Positions 1-13,042 of a stretch of 64,000 nucleotides of DNA are shown one piece after another. The DNA comes from Lytechinus pictus (Eukaryota), in the NCBI RefSeq assembly GCF_037042905.1, contig NC_087263.1, positions 11,720,001 to 11,784,000 of the forward strand. The letters are read 5' to 3'. The position numbers and the translations under genes are program-made. Within the stretch, counting starts at the first letter, position 1. Each line of letters starts with the position of its first letter. The notes beneath the pieces were generated by a model, which was not told where the DNA came from, searched no databases, and saw only the letters and a list, made by a program, of their open reading frames with translations.

Positions 1-227
1 GTATATTAATTCAGAGGGTTTGTAGAATTTAACACACACATTTTGCCATAAATGGCAATCTAATTGTTCATCCTTTTCTGGCCATTGTTTCTAGTTTGGA
101 ATGAATTCATTTCTTGCACGTTGTAGACACTGAATCTATGTACAATTTGAGGTCAGTTTCATAAAACTTGTTATAATAACAAATTAAGACGATTAGTTTA
201 AAGTTGCTGAAAGTGAAAGTAAACGTG

Positions 228-648
228 AGAAATGGTGAATTTGTTATTTTAACACGTCTTTATGAAACGATAGCCGGGTCTATTACATGAACTGATCGAC
301 TATTGTTTTATAAACAATAAAAGGTGGAAATTTAACAGCGCTATTCTATTATCAATATATATTTGTTAAATGTTTATTATTTTGTTTGAATTTCCACAAT
401 ATATTTATATTTAATAATCTTTTGACTCCTAACGTGTTATAGAAATGGCGAACTTGTTATTTTAACACGTCTTTATGGAACGAGGGCCGGGTTTACTACA
501 TGAACTGATCGACTATTGTTCAGGTTTATGAACAATAAAAGGGAAAATTTGACAGCGCTAATCAATTATTAATATCTATTTGTTAAAGGTTGATTACTTT
601 TTTTTAATTTCCAGAACATTGATTTATAATAATCTCTTGACTCTTAAG
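228..648. repeat. Diverged tandem duplication, two ~210-bp units (~228-433 and ~441-648)
   Basis: Shared blocks such as TTGTTATTTTAACACGTCTTTATG and ACATGAACTGATCGACTATTGTT recur about 213 bp apart. Confidence 0.85.
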
Positions 649-956
649 TAACATCCGTAAGTTTGAATAGTAAACCAGAGACCTGCTGCATAAGAGAAAC
701 TGTGGCAATTTAAGTTGCCAGTGTTAAATGCCAATGGCATAACCTGTATGTCAGAGTTTCGGTTTATTTCCAGAGTTTTTTTATGGCCTAAGTTTTATGC
801 AATAGGCCCCCAGATAGTATAAAACGAATGCATGCCTTTTAATTTTGCTTTTATGTGGTCCAAATATTTTAATCATGTCAATGGGGACGGGGCCAGGATA
901 ATTTGATAGGGGGCGGAGCAAGACCTATAGGTGACGTCATACTGTATAATTAGTTT

Positions 957-1247
957 AATAATAATAATAATAATTTGCTTTTCTATCGCGCGATAACAAT
1001 CTTCGACTGCTCAAAGCGCTTCACAATTATTATTACCCGGTCATTGGATTCATAGCTTGTTAGCAGCCTGTTTGCTAAACCGCCCATGACGATTGTGTCG
1101 TACAGGAACCCAATTGGCACCTGGGTGAGAGTTGCAAAGTGTGGATTGACGCCTTGCCAAAGGACGCTAGGCCATAGTGAAATTCGTGCACAAGACCCTC
1201 CGATTATGATATTGCAAGAGTTAGAACCGCTACACCACTGCACTCCC
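957..1247 (-). mobile_element. tRNA-derived SINE with (TTA)n tail
   Basis: The reverse strand has a tRNA-like head (GGGAGTGCAGTGGTGTAGCGGTTCTAACTC), the core GCGTCCTTTGGCAAGGCGTCAATCCACACTTTGC...CCCAGGTG shared with 24142-24470, an AAGCGCTTTGAG 3' motif and a short tandem tail. Confidence 0.85.
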
Positions 1248-1268
1248 ACATTCACATAGGGTTATTAC

Positions 1269-1547
1269 CAGTAGCGTACCTAGGATTTTCCACAGGGGGG
1301 GGGGGCAAAATCGTCCGCCCAAAAAATTGAAAAGGAAAAAAAAAGTCTTCAACCACAAATAAAGGATTTCGTACCAGAAAAAAAATTGACAAGCAAAAAA
1401 AAAAAAATATATATATACAAATCTTCAATTTGAAAGGAGGGGGCTCGTCAGGGATCAGTTGTGACTCGTCAGGGGGGGGGGGGGCAGGGATACGTCCCTT
1501 GCATTGGTTGTGACTCGTCAGGGGGGCCCCCCATAGGTACGCTAGTG
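1269..1547. mobile_element. hAT-like MITE with 8-bp TSD
   Basis: TIRs CAGTAGCGTACCTA / TAGGTACGCTAGTG (13/14 match). Perfect direct repeat GTTATTAC at 1261-1268 and 1548-1555. Confidence 0.9.
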
Positions 1548-1662
1548 GTTATTACACACTCGGCCCAGACCTGTCAATACTACTCCATCCTTCCCTTCCT
1601 CTCTCCCGTTTCCTTCTATTGAATTCCATACAGCATCGGTGGCTTACAAAAGCAAACGTTGT

Positions 1663-1810
1663 GGGGTCCGTTTCATAAAACATGGTATAATTACACATTT
1701 ACAATAAAAGTTAAAAGCTACTGAAATCCTTCATTCTGATTGGCTGATAGTGAATGTGTTATATCAATATTGCATGTGTTATCATAACAGGTCTTCATGA
1801 AACAGTACCC
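1663..1810. mobile_element. Short PIF/Harbinger-like MITE (relatives near 150-270, 24515-24651, 26761-26922, 30669-30780)
   Basis: TIRs GGGGTCCGTTTCATAAAAC...GTCTTCATGAAACAGTACCC with an internal GATTGG motif. Similar termini occur in the listed relatives. Confidence 0.65.
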
Positions 1811-2795
1811 TCATCTGTAACATGTAATGACATGTCAGAATATTTGTGGAAGGAAAACGAGTTGACGTATCAATTGCCTCTGGCAATAGCGTGCAATCAT
1901 TTGTGCTAACTAAACTGCAAACACGAAACCTGACTTTTAAGAAGCGGTGCATCAGAAGTTGAAACAATATTCCTTTATTCGAAAGAGCATGTCTTACATT
2001 GTTATAAGACTTGTAAAATAACATCTATATACGTGAAGTTCAAAATAATCATGTTTCAACACCAAAGAAAAACATAAAAGTGCATTTTTACTTCTCAATC
2101 GTTTATGTTCGGCTTCAAATATTTAACAAAAAAATAAGATATAAATTGCTGCAAAGTTCTATCAAAATCCTTTAGTTGCTTAACTCTGTACTCTGAGACA
2201 TTATACATTCTATTCCAAGCATCGATAATGTTACAATTCTCTTAAGTGTTTTATAAGTGTGCTGGAAAAAAAAGCAAACGTGAAATTTCTATTCAGGAGA
2301 ATTCATTAAAAATGCCATTCACCCCTCTTGCATAAAATCATCGAGTTATAGACGAAATCAGCAAAAATTACAAGTTTTTATGATAAGCGTTATTGTTTCT
2401 GTCGAGATATAACCCCCGCCCCCCTCAAATCACAATCCGTTTCATTGGGTGTGTGTGTGTGTTGTCTCTCATTGATTGTGTGTTTTTGAATTATTTTTTT
2501 TCTTTCAGATTACTATTAGTAATACAGACGTTGAATTGCGTTTGAAAGGATAGGTACATGTTTCGCTACTTGGTAATATAATTATTGCAATGTGGATGTA
2601 TGGAGTACTGAGCTAGTACACCACAATTCAAGTGGGCCTGTATTACAAGAATGTTGCATTATGGGAGATGAACCTGGCCAGATATGAGTATTTGAGGACT
2701 TAAGGTGGGGCTCTTAAGGCTGCTTGTTTGTATATGCCTTTAAACACAATTACCTATCGCTCATGATAATTAACCACTGCAATTATGTTATTGAC

Positions 2796-2975
2796 ACTGT
2801 AAAAAAATGTTGTTAAAAATGTTAAGCAACGCTGTTTACGCCGGCCGCTCTAGCAGCTATTGTTTAAACTTTAAAACAAGTTGTTTAAAAAGTGTAAACA
2901 ATTGTTTAAAAGTTTAAGCAATAGTTGTTAGAGTGATGGGCTTAAACAGCGTTGCTCATCATTTTAACAGCGTTC
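2796..2975. mobile_element. Degenerate palindromic CACTG-type MITE
   Basis: Starts CACTGTAAAAAAA. Internal arms AGCAACGCTGTTTA / TAAACAGCGTTGCT. The right terminus is decayed. Confidence 0.6.
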
Positions 2976-3307
2976 TAAGAGGCATTTTACCAAAATGTTT
3001 TAATCATTATACGGTAGACTTATTATACGCTTTCAAGATCACCGCATCGTTTAATCATATCGCTAGCATATCTCTGCGAATTCGAAATATATTTGATACA
3101 TGGTGATGATGAAAAAATGTGAAATTTTTGTATCATATATCATTCTAGAATTGCATTCGCCCATTTGAAACAAAAGAGTCTCTGAATTCACATGCAACTG
3201 AGTAAACTGTCTTTAAAATAGAACGTCAGGTAATATGAATATATCTATTTTTCTCCTTATTTATTTTATTATTTCCTTTTACTGTATTATGATTTATTAT
3301 GTAATTG

Positions 3308-3585
3308 TGGATGTATTGGGGCTCAGAGGATACGTCTCCCGACTTTGAACCAAAAGGTCTGCATGAGTTTCGAATCCCGCCGCAGCATTCGCGTCCTTTG
3401 GCAAAGGCATTGATCTGCATTTGTCAATCTCCACCCGGTCATGCCGGTAGGGTGACATTCCTTGAATGCTCGAGCAACCGGTCAGGGTAGCCGTGCTCAA
3501 GCCGGGGTTACTAGTGTGCAGCTCTGAGAAACTTTACATAAGCTATATAAATGTTGCATATCATTATTATTATTTATTTATTATA
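3308..3585 (+). mobile_element. tRNA-derived SINE (diverged)
   Basis: A/B-box-like head (GGCTCAGAGG...GTTTCGAATCCC), GCGTCCTTTGGCAAAGGC core, AAGCCGGGGT motif, GCTATATAAAT and (ATT)n tail. Confidence 0.75.
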
Positions 3586-6500
3586 CCATGATTATTTTCA
3601 TCTACGTAGGTTCTACGAACTAGTAGTTATAGTGCAATATCACTTTCAGAAATCAATATTTAAGTTCAAACATTTTTTTAAACATTACAATGACAGACCA
3701 ATTGCAAGATAAAAAAATCTGCGAATATGGGCCTCCTTTTTTTTTACTGTACTGCTTTAAAATTGGTTTGATTTAAAATGAAACGTTCATGAATCTAAAC
3801 CTGATCATCAAAACATCATTGATTCATTACGTGTGAGGTTCAATTATCTTCTTCAAAATAAGCATGGGATTTGCCAGAAGCCGGGTATAATCTTCTTACA
3901 TCCCATCATTTACCCCTTCCTAATCAGTTCCGCAATATTAAACATATAAAGTGCATCGTACTTTGTTCCATTGACGATAGTAATTAATTTCATATATTAT
4001 TCATTTGGAACTCCTCAAGGTCGTTTGATGAACATGATGAAGACAATGGATATCCCAAATTGATCACTGCTTTATAGATGCGAGAATTACAGGATTGTAG
4101 TTTCACCTTTCCCTTTAGAAATTTTGCAATTGATTATTCATCATTACATTCTGTGAAACCATAGCATTCTCTTTAATTGCCAAGGAGTCAGAAATAATTC
4201 ATCAAGGGATATAAATAACGCCAGGGAGTCGGAAATCACATTGAGAAAGGAACATCCCAGTAATTCCTAAAGAACGTAAAGTCATGATACTTAACGACCA
4301 ATGCACTTTTTTAACCAACTTCTAATTTCGCACTCATCATTTCAATTAACCGTCACGCCTAAGTTCCTTACTTATATTAAGCCTGTTACTTAAAGATAAA
4401 TGAAGGATTTTTATCCAGGAAACTCCGGACTCGGAGGAGTTCACTGGTGAGACCTCTTTCGAGAATAATTATTGCTAAATTATATATGGGTCTCTTGGGA
4501 AAAGCTGGTTTTCCTTCGCTAGATCGCATTTATTTCATCTAACAGTTTATGGTTTGTGATTCAAGGCACACGTGTGATTTCCATGGCATCAGTTTGTGTG
4601 AGGGTGTGCTGATTTGCACATGACTACGTAGTGTTGATTGTTTTAATTTTCAGCGCTAAATCAGGGTCGATTGGACACATTAATGGTTTTCACATTCAAT
4701 CATGAAGCGTTTCCAAAGTAGAAAATCAAGAAAGTCATCAGGACAAAGCATGATCATCAGACCCATTTTGTTCGCTCTTTAAAGGAAGAACAAAATAAAG
4801 AAATAACGGAATAAAGAGATGTAGAAAGATGGGAGGGGTGAGAGCGAGAGAGAAAGAAAGAGAGAGATGGAGGAGGGAAGATGTATAGTTATATTAACTT
4901 GCTTTCTTCGAACCATCCGTCAAGAAATTATATTGATTCCTAAAAAAAGATTAAAGACAGATTGACCTCCCCGGAAATCTGTTCAGGAATACTCTCCGGA
5001 ATTAGTGGAAGCCCTTCCTCTTCATGGTAGGCAAATCATTTGCCTATCATGAACCTATTACTTTAATTTCATTCATTCTGTACGCGTGGGACTGGTATTT
5101 AAGTCGGGAAAGCCCACATTAATCTAATGGATTTGATTCAAATCGCATTGACTCATGATGGCGCATTACTAGAAATCCATTTCTGACCTACTTGTCGGAT
5201 AATAAAGCCGTCTACTCAGATCCTGCTTTGCTTGTTATAATTATATTGCCCCTTTGACTTAATTGGAGCTCGGTTGGCGAGTTCTATCTTCATAGGCGTG
5301 GCCATTGAGTAAGGGTTTCAATGTATCAATGATATATTCGAGGCCGCCCTTAAAATTACAGGTTGCCATAGATACGCTTTTATGATAATAATAATATTAC
5401 TCAATTTGTATAAAGCACAACTTACAATTGAGTATATTATTGCTATAATGAGATGGAGTGATAAAGAAAGAAAGAAAGAAAATGTATATTTCCCTGCATG
5501 GTTTAAGCAACTCGTTCTCTCCCCATCTCTCTCATTTTCTCCCTGTCGACCTCTCTTTCTCTTAGATTTATATTCGTCTTCCTCATTTGTACTGTACCCT
5601 TCGCAATTACTTATTTGGCACAAAACCACATCCATTATCAAAGCTGTGCGAGAAACAACGGACATCGTAAAAGAATGTCAACAACGGGCCGATAACGTTC
5701 GATAATCCTCGATCTTTGCGTTACTTGAACATTGATGTCATTGCTCTTGAAAAGCAAGGTTTTATTGAAGGGCAGGTTAGTTTCGCTTTTGATTTCACGT
5801 TCCATGTAAAGAACGCTGGCGGATTCGTAGGTGGGGGGGGATTGTCCCTTCCCCACCCCCAGTTTCAAGGCCAATAAGAAAATGAAAGGAAGACGGGTGA
5901 CATGTGATATCATACTTTATCACAAATGCGATTTTAATTGCAATTTTTGCGAGTGGCTTTTATTTTATTTTACAAAATCTGCCATGGTATGCCCCTTCAA
6001 GATTCATTGCTCGTTTTTGCTACCATGATACAGACAGTGGGTTAGAACGAAGGTCGGTGAAGAGGAACGGTCAGGGCGCTCCTATAGGCTACGGATGAGT
6101 TACACCATCGGCACGCTCCACTAAATAATAGCAAGTTCTCGCAATTACAGCGGGAACGGATTTTACAACGTAGTAAAATTCAAATTCCAAGAAAAATCAA
6201 TCTGGCTAATTTACCCCTCCCCCTAAAAAATCGCAGGCAGATAAGAATGAAACTTATAACTGAAAATCATGGTTATATCAGGTAAACTTCAGTCATTCTT
6301 GCCCCCCCCCCCCGGGGGGGGGGGGGAAATACGCCACATTCCACATGTCCAAAGAAATTTTCACAAATAGTAAGAAAATTATGAACATAATTAGCTACTT
6401 TTCTACTCTAGTTAATATACACATACCATAATTTATGCATCTATTAGTATCCTGGAATTCAATCTTGATTATTACGTCATTAATGAGCTCTGATATATTT

Positions 6501-7076
6501 CCTTTTATTTTGCACGTTTAGGCAAAAAGCACGAAATTCAAGACAAGATTTCGTAACTCCAAGCGCAACTATCCATTTCGTTCACTTCAGAAGGAAGGAT
6601 AATGAAAAAAATACTGTATACAATTGGTAAATTCGTGTGACAGAATCGGGGAAGTGTATAAGGCCAAAATGAAGCAAATATATCTATTCCGTTTCAATTC
6701 TACAAAATCACGTATTCCCCTATCATCTTACATGCTTCATAACTCGATCCAGGGGGTTTTCCCAGGAATTTCCTGATTTGAATTATTTTTTCCTTTCCAT
6801 GAAGTTTACTAGGTTTAAAATTAAATTCATGATTATACCTCATGTGAAGGCAGTCATTGCACTCTTTTAAGGGTATCTTCAAAATACCACACACTCTCCT
6901 CTTTTTGCGATGTATATCAGTTTTCATATGATGTGTCTTTTAAGATAACAGGAAATACTGCTTCTGCTTAATCCAAAGGAGATACAAATTCTTCCAGTAC
7001 ATATTATAATAATTTTGTTTACATTTATTTAAGTTAAGCAGTTTTATCAAATTTTAACACGTTTTGCCATTTAAAT

Positions 7077-7878
7077 CAATTTATTTATTATTTATTTATT
7101 AAAACATCTTTCAACAGGATAAAACATTAATCAGCTCGCAGGCTGTTTCACATAATGGTCCTGCATATAGAGAGAAATGCACATATTAAAAGGAAATATT
7201 AAAAATAATTATAGGAATACATGTAATTTCATACAGCAATACTAAAATACAAATAGTGCTAAAAGTGAAACATCAGAAAGAAAAGAACAAATGGCAAAAA
7301 TATAGTAAGATAAAGGAGTGAAGGAAAAAGAAAGAGGTGTTATACATCAATATGAAATCATGTTAAAACAGGAATAGGCCTCAATTTAAAGAATTGTATC
7401 AATATTAATACTAATGCTAATCGACAATAATTAGATGTGTATTCTTGGGTAATCATGCTAATAATAACAATACTATAAGTATATATGAACCAAAATAGAA
7501 CACTTAAACAAATTCTTATTGATCTAAGCGAAATTTCTTATAATGATATTTGAAACTTTCAACAAAAATGTCATTCTGGATATCTTCAGGGAGTTTATTC
7601 CAAGTTACTGCTCCGGCATATTTAAAGGATCGTTTGAATAGGGATATGTTAGGTTTGGGTAATACTACATTTGGTGAATTTGCATTCCTAGGCGTTAACA
7701 TCTTTCTGTAATTTCTTTGTTACATCTTCCAATTTACTGTCAGAGGCAAATACTACTACATCATCAGCAAATATGCTGCAAGCACCTTCAGTAATACATA
7801 CATATATATCATTTATAAACATTAAGAACAGGATGGGGGCCAGAACACTGCCCTGTGGTACTCCAATAGAAAGGTTTT
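7077..7878 (-). mobile_element. Internally deleted CR1/L2-group LINE 3' fragment (RT remnant, ORF2 C-terminus, 3'UTR)
   Basis: Minus-strand translation of ~7876-7697 gives LSIGVPQGSVLAPILFLMFINDI...IFADDVVVF (RT motifs GVPQGS and FADD). This joins ORF 7516-7701 (LPKPNISLFKRSFKYAGAVTWNKLP...SFK), a typical ORF2 C-terminus. AATAAAT-repeat tail near 7077-7100. Confidence 0.9.
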
Positions 7879-8610
7879 AAATAGTACATAATTTTCCTGA
7901 CTATTGCTGACTATGATGGTACAATAAAAGTTGAATTTGTCAACCCTGATTTATAGATTGTCAAGATTGACGTGCGGAAGAAGGTGCATACGTCTTCAAA
8001 ATATATGGGGATGAAGACATACATGTTGATAATTCAGGATTAGGGATTTTATCTTATTACAAGTCCGATCATTTTGCGTTTTATGCTACTCAACATTGAT
8101 TGTGTATAGAGTTGATTATATCATTGCTGTAAAGTTTTGATCGATTTCCTGCCAATTTCAATGACGGCGTGGTGAGAATTCGAACCCACAACTCTTTGTT
8201 TTAAATGCGTGATTCAGAACGCACAGACAACCCATAATACGCTAGGTGTGGGAAGTTGGGGGGGGGGGGGTGGGTAAGAAAGTAAACCATGTTTAGTATA
8301 TGAGCTAGCCCTATACCATGTACAAGAAGGTCTAGTACTAAACCTGGCGTTACCATTACATAACTGCATACGCGACAGAATTGCATGTATACGTGTGTCG
8401 ATTCATGAAAATTATCGTGGAAACCTATTTCATAGCCTCCTATTTTCATTTTGCAAAGACTGGTTTAATGATCGGCTGTGAAAAGCTTTTTCACCTTATT
8501 GCTAGTTTTATATCCAAAACATGAATCTGCTTCGACTTCTCACAAACCAGAATAGTTTCAGAGGGACGATGAGAGAGAAAGAGAGATGGACAGAGATAGA
8601 TGGAGAGAGA

Positions 8611-8872
8611 GGGGCATCGCGTGGTCTAGTGGTTAGAGTATTGGACATATAATCGCAAGGTTGTGAATTTGAATCCCACCTCTGTCATTGCCTCCACTTT
8701 GATAAAAAGACCAGAGGGTGATATCTGTCGTCTTTAAGGTTAGCCACTATGACTGATTAACCTAGACGTAAAATGTTTCCTATGGGTAGTTGGTAATAGT
8801 ACCAGCTTGCGTTTACCAGCAAAAAGTTGTTCCGCCGAATTCGTACGCGAGTTACCATAAACAGAAATAAAT
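8611..8872 (+). mobile_element. tRNA-headed SINE of a second family
   Basis: GGGGCATCGCGTGGTCTAGTGGTTAGAG...GAATTTGAATCCCACC tRNA-like head. The body differs from the other SINEs and ends in AAATAAAT. Confidence 0.65.
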
Positions 8873-9654
8873 ATGGGGAGACACTAGCCGCAGTGTAATG
8901 TTAATGAATCTCGCATTTCAATTAAACACAAATAACTCATGATTCCATAGTTACGTACCGTACTTCTTTGTGACGTTATCATAATTGATAATGTGGGACA
9001 CCAACTTCCAGTGTAAGCTTCTTTTGTGATTGTGGCGGTGGTGGTGGTGGGGGGGGGGTCGTATTACAAGCCTGGCATTTTCTCTGATGTTGGCTCCTGG
9101 TGAAATTCTATCAGAAGAAATATTCAATTCTTTTCTTTCTATTAAACATGAATACATTTTTGCTACCTTCTCGAATTGGTATGAAAACGATCGGACATCA
9201 GTTTACCATGTTTGAGGTGTAATGGAATAGATAAATGACCTGACAAAATGGGACGAAATGAAGAGTTGAAGCAAGTTCAGGTGAAGGACGACATATTCCG
9301 TATTCTGATCAGGTCATATTCTTCAGTGGAGTGGCGTCCGCTCAAGAAGTCTCGAGTGTTTGTTCACAGGAAAGAGAAACCTGTTTGTTCCTGTCAAGAA
9401 GTAGCCAACGACCCTGAGCAATGCATATCTTTTGGCCTCGTTATCCCCCGATCGGATATCATAATGGCTTCACGCTCACATTGGAGAGAGCTGGAACTTC
9501 ACCTCCACGGCCTAGGGATGTCTTGGAACGTGATAAATCCTTGATTGTCAAGTATTTGTCGAGAAATTAATTTAACCTGATTCTCTAATGTTTCAAGGAA
9601 ACTGTATTAGTTTCTTGCAATGATTTTGAAGTAATTTTACAATTATATTCACAC

Positions 9655-10096
9655 AATAAATCAATTTCAATTTATTTGCTCATAAAAATCCATACAAAAA
9701 ACACTACATGTACAAAGTATCGTATTCACAAAATAGAAAAAAAAATAGTAATAAACATTGGATTGAATATGAGAGGGACAGCAAGAAAGGAACAAGCCTT
9801 GTGATATAGCTTACCCTTTAACATAATAATTATACAAAGACTTCAATAACAACGATATAAAAAATCACTACACTACAACGTAAGGGGGTGATGCCTATAA
9901 TGCCTGAATGAAATTTATACAAACTTTATGAATAACTATTTAGAATAAATTGCCTTGATTTTGACTTAAAACATTTAATGAAACTGATTGCTTGATATCT
10001 ACAGAAACAGAATTCCAGAGTTGTGGTCCTTGAAATAAAATTGAGTTTTTAAAAGATGAGAGTCTTGGCTTAGGTAGATGAAAATCCTTTCCATTT
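9655..10096 (-). mobile_element. CR1/L2-group LINE 3' end
   Basis: Minus-strand translation DFHLPKPRLSSFKNSILFQGPQLWNSVSVDIKQSVSL resembles a LINE ORF2 C-terminus. It is followed by a 3'UTR ending AATAAATTGAAATTGA. Confidence 0.75.
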
Positions 10097-10364
10097 CATA
10101 ATATACTTAACGTGCTTTTCTCACTTGTACGTTTCTAATGACAGTATAATGGATTCAAATTTGCAGCATTTTGCAGAATATCATCGGCACTTTGTGCTAT
10201 AGAAAATCATCAAAATTGTACATAATGGCTTATAGCATGCTCCATATTCCCACTTATTTTTTGTAATAAAAAGAAGCTCTACATTTTTATCTAATTTAAA
10301 AGTTGTTTTCAAGATGAACATATCTCATTCGTTGAAATTATCGTCCTTCTCACTTGTAATAGCG

Positions 10365-10670
10365 TATTTTAGCACCCACTTTGCAGACGCTTTCTGCGAC
10401 ATTCAGAATCTATTGAAAATGCCCGTCAAATCACAATATACATATTAGAGCTTATTGTCGAAAGTTCATGAAGTTGGTGGACAGGAACAGCAGATCGTCT
10501 AAAAATTCGGACCGTACAAAAAATGCAAATGTGTCGTTTATGTAGAATCCAGGACGACATTGCTGTTTTGATCCATCGATTTTCGACAAAGGCTCCTTTG
10601 TTAAGAAGGGCCTTTGACTAAAGATTATCAGCGTTATACGAAGCGTCTGCAAAGTGATTACTAAAATACC
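10365..10670. mobile_element. Palindromic MITE; internally related elements at ~17060-17320, ~29310-29585, ~32773-33073
   Basis: TIRs GTATTTTAG...CACTTTGCAGACGCTT / AAGCGTCTGCAAAGTG...CTAAAATAC. Shared internal motifs CCGTCAAATCACA, TGCAAATRTGTCGTT and TTTCGACAAA. Confidence 0.7.
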
Positions 10671-11021
10671 CCATTTGTAGTCTTAGGCATGTTAGCTGTG
10701 ATGATATTTAGATATGGTGAACATAGCCAAACCATACCTACTGTAACAACCGGTCATGAAATACATCTAAATTGGCTGTTCGCTTTCAGAATTCTACAAC
10801 GATTCACCAATTTCTGACAAAGCCCCTTTAGCTTTTCATTGTGATTTGACGGGCATTTCCAATTATTATCTAGGTTGTAGATTCCATGCCTGTCAACATT
10901 TCGAAAACTCACTATTACATCTTAGATGATTCCCAACGATCGTGTCATACGAAATAATAAAAATGGGCTTCTCAAGAACTAGAGGAACTCTCCTTGATAT
11001 GGTATATTGACATTGACATCA

Positions 11022-11287
11022 GGGCCCCGTCTTACAAAGAGTTGTGATTGATTCGATCAACCTCAACTATATGGAAATCCATTGTTGTCATATTTTTCCA
11101 TTCCGGAAATTTGCACAATGTCTTTTGTAAAGCACATTGAATTGTCAAGACAATGGTGATTGTATGAGTATACATCATATCTAAAAAAAACATTTTAAAC
11201 AAACATGCATTTTAGATGTTGACGTTGCTGGCTTTCCATAGTTGTAGTTGATCGGATCAATCGCAAAACTTTGTCAGATGGGGGCCT
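11022..11287. mobile_element. PIF/Harbinger-like MITE
   Basis: About 55-bp imperfect TIRs GGGCCCCGTCTTACAAAGAGTTGTGATTGATTCGATCAAC...GTTGATCGGATCAATCGCAAAACTTTGTCAGATGGGGGCC, flanked by TCA/TGA. Confidence 0.75.
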
Positions 11288-12695
11288 TGATGTTCATACC
11301 ATTCTCCGGGGAACACTATCGGCGTTAATTTGCCATTCCCCTTCAAATGTAATTACCTTGCTCATCCAATCACCTGACAAAGTACCTACATCTTACAATG
11401 ACCTTCAGATCAGGACTCGTATTGTCTCTAATTGGGAGTCAGGCTTCGCTTCCTTGCCGATGATAACGAGAATCTTTCCTGTCTTGAGTAGCACCCAATT
11501 GTCTGTTTAAACAAAAGATGCGGGACGTGACGTGACGGAAGGCCTGTCATTGTTTGCCTCAAGTTTAGGAAACTGAAACTAAAACACGGCGTAAGTGGGG
11601 AAAGTCATCAATGCTATAACGTTACGCAATTCCCCCTTGGCAGTATGGCGAGTGCTTGCATTTCTGATGAAAGTGATGCCGTATTAGAGCGGGTAAAATG
11701 ACTTCCCGCAAGTAAGTCGTCATCCCAGAAGTAATGGCTGTCCATTTGATACCTACCCGTAGCATTGCTAGTGATTTTTAAAGTGCTTGTATTTACTATT
11801 CCTGGTAAAAACAAACAAACAAAAAACAGAATAAAATCCATATTTTTTTCATAATCACTTTATTTGTAAAGCTGCACATTAAACGAATACAATAAACCCA
11901 GGACACTTTCCTTTCATGAGAAAATGCAGGGCAATTAAGTTCAATACAGAAGAAAAAAAATCTTAGAATGTAATGCGATAATTATTATTGTTTTTAATTT
12001 GCAATATTATACGGGATGTACACAAAAATTATCAGACTGTTTATTCATCGAATTTTTTTTTATTGACTCAATTAAAGGTTGGTCCACATATCAATACAAA
12101 AGTTTTAATCCTCCACCATTAATGGAATTATTTTCGTTCAATAAACCAATAGAAATGATTAAACTTTTTTAAGTTGAATTTCAAAAAAACTTCGGCAAAC
12201 ATGATACATGTTTAGCTTTGACGAAATGAGCATCGCTAGTCCGAATAATTACCTACGCTTCATAAAACAGACAATTTAACAGAAATACTCATTACAAATG
12301 ATCCTTTGTTTGTCTATGTGTCTATGTAATCTAATGTGATTAAAATTAATTGTAATCCTGAACGGTTTTGGGGAGGGTACCAAATCGGAGTAACGGCTTC
12401 AACATCATCTGAAGCTTCTAAAATAACATCCACAATATGTTTTCGTAAGACCTTCACAAATTACAATGGAATTCATTTGCTCAACTTTTTACCACACACA
12501 CGCACACACACACAGAACCGTGTGTAGACACGGTAGGGACGAATGACAAAGTGGCATTTGAAAGATGGATTGCGAATGGAGACCTCAGGTGTATTCGGTA
12601 CTTTAATTATAGTGTGCTAGTGTGCTTATTTGATCATCTTGGGTAAGTTTTAATAACCCCAGAATCGTTATAGGCCCATCAAACATATTATAACC

Positions 12696-13042
12696 CATGC
12701 CCCTGGGAAGCGGGGTGCATTGGGGGTGATGCGTGTATTGTTTTCCATAGGCAACACCTCCAGGTATTCTAGAAGGTGTCTAAAAATGAAAATGTAACCA
12801 AAATGACTTTCATTATGTTGTGAAACTTTTTTTTCTTTCCTTTTTTTTTCTTTCTCAGGACGAATTTGACCTCCATTTTATGTTGAAAACGTTTTTTTTT
12901 TTTTTTTTCGTTTAAAATTTCTTTGGACCAAAATGGCCAAATGACCAAAACGAATACCCGGATTTTGTAGTAAAAAGCCTTTTTTTGCTTTTCAAATTTA
13001 CATCAGCACCCCCAATTTAAAAAAATCGTTTCCAGGGCCCTG
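12696..13042. mobile_element. hAT-like MITE with 8-bp TSD
   Basis: TIRs CATGCCCCTGGGAA / TTTCCAGGGCCCTG. TTATAACC is duplicated at 12688-12695 and 13043-13050. Deleted relatives at ~49605-49761 and ~50833-50987. Confidence 0.8.

Noticed and set aside
6301..6326. C12-G13 homopolymer palindrome
   Set aside because: Poly-C/G tracts are common throughout the window, often as MITE remnants. No further structure.
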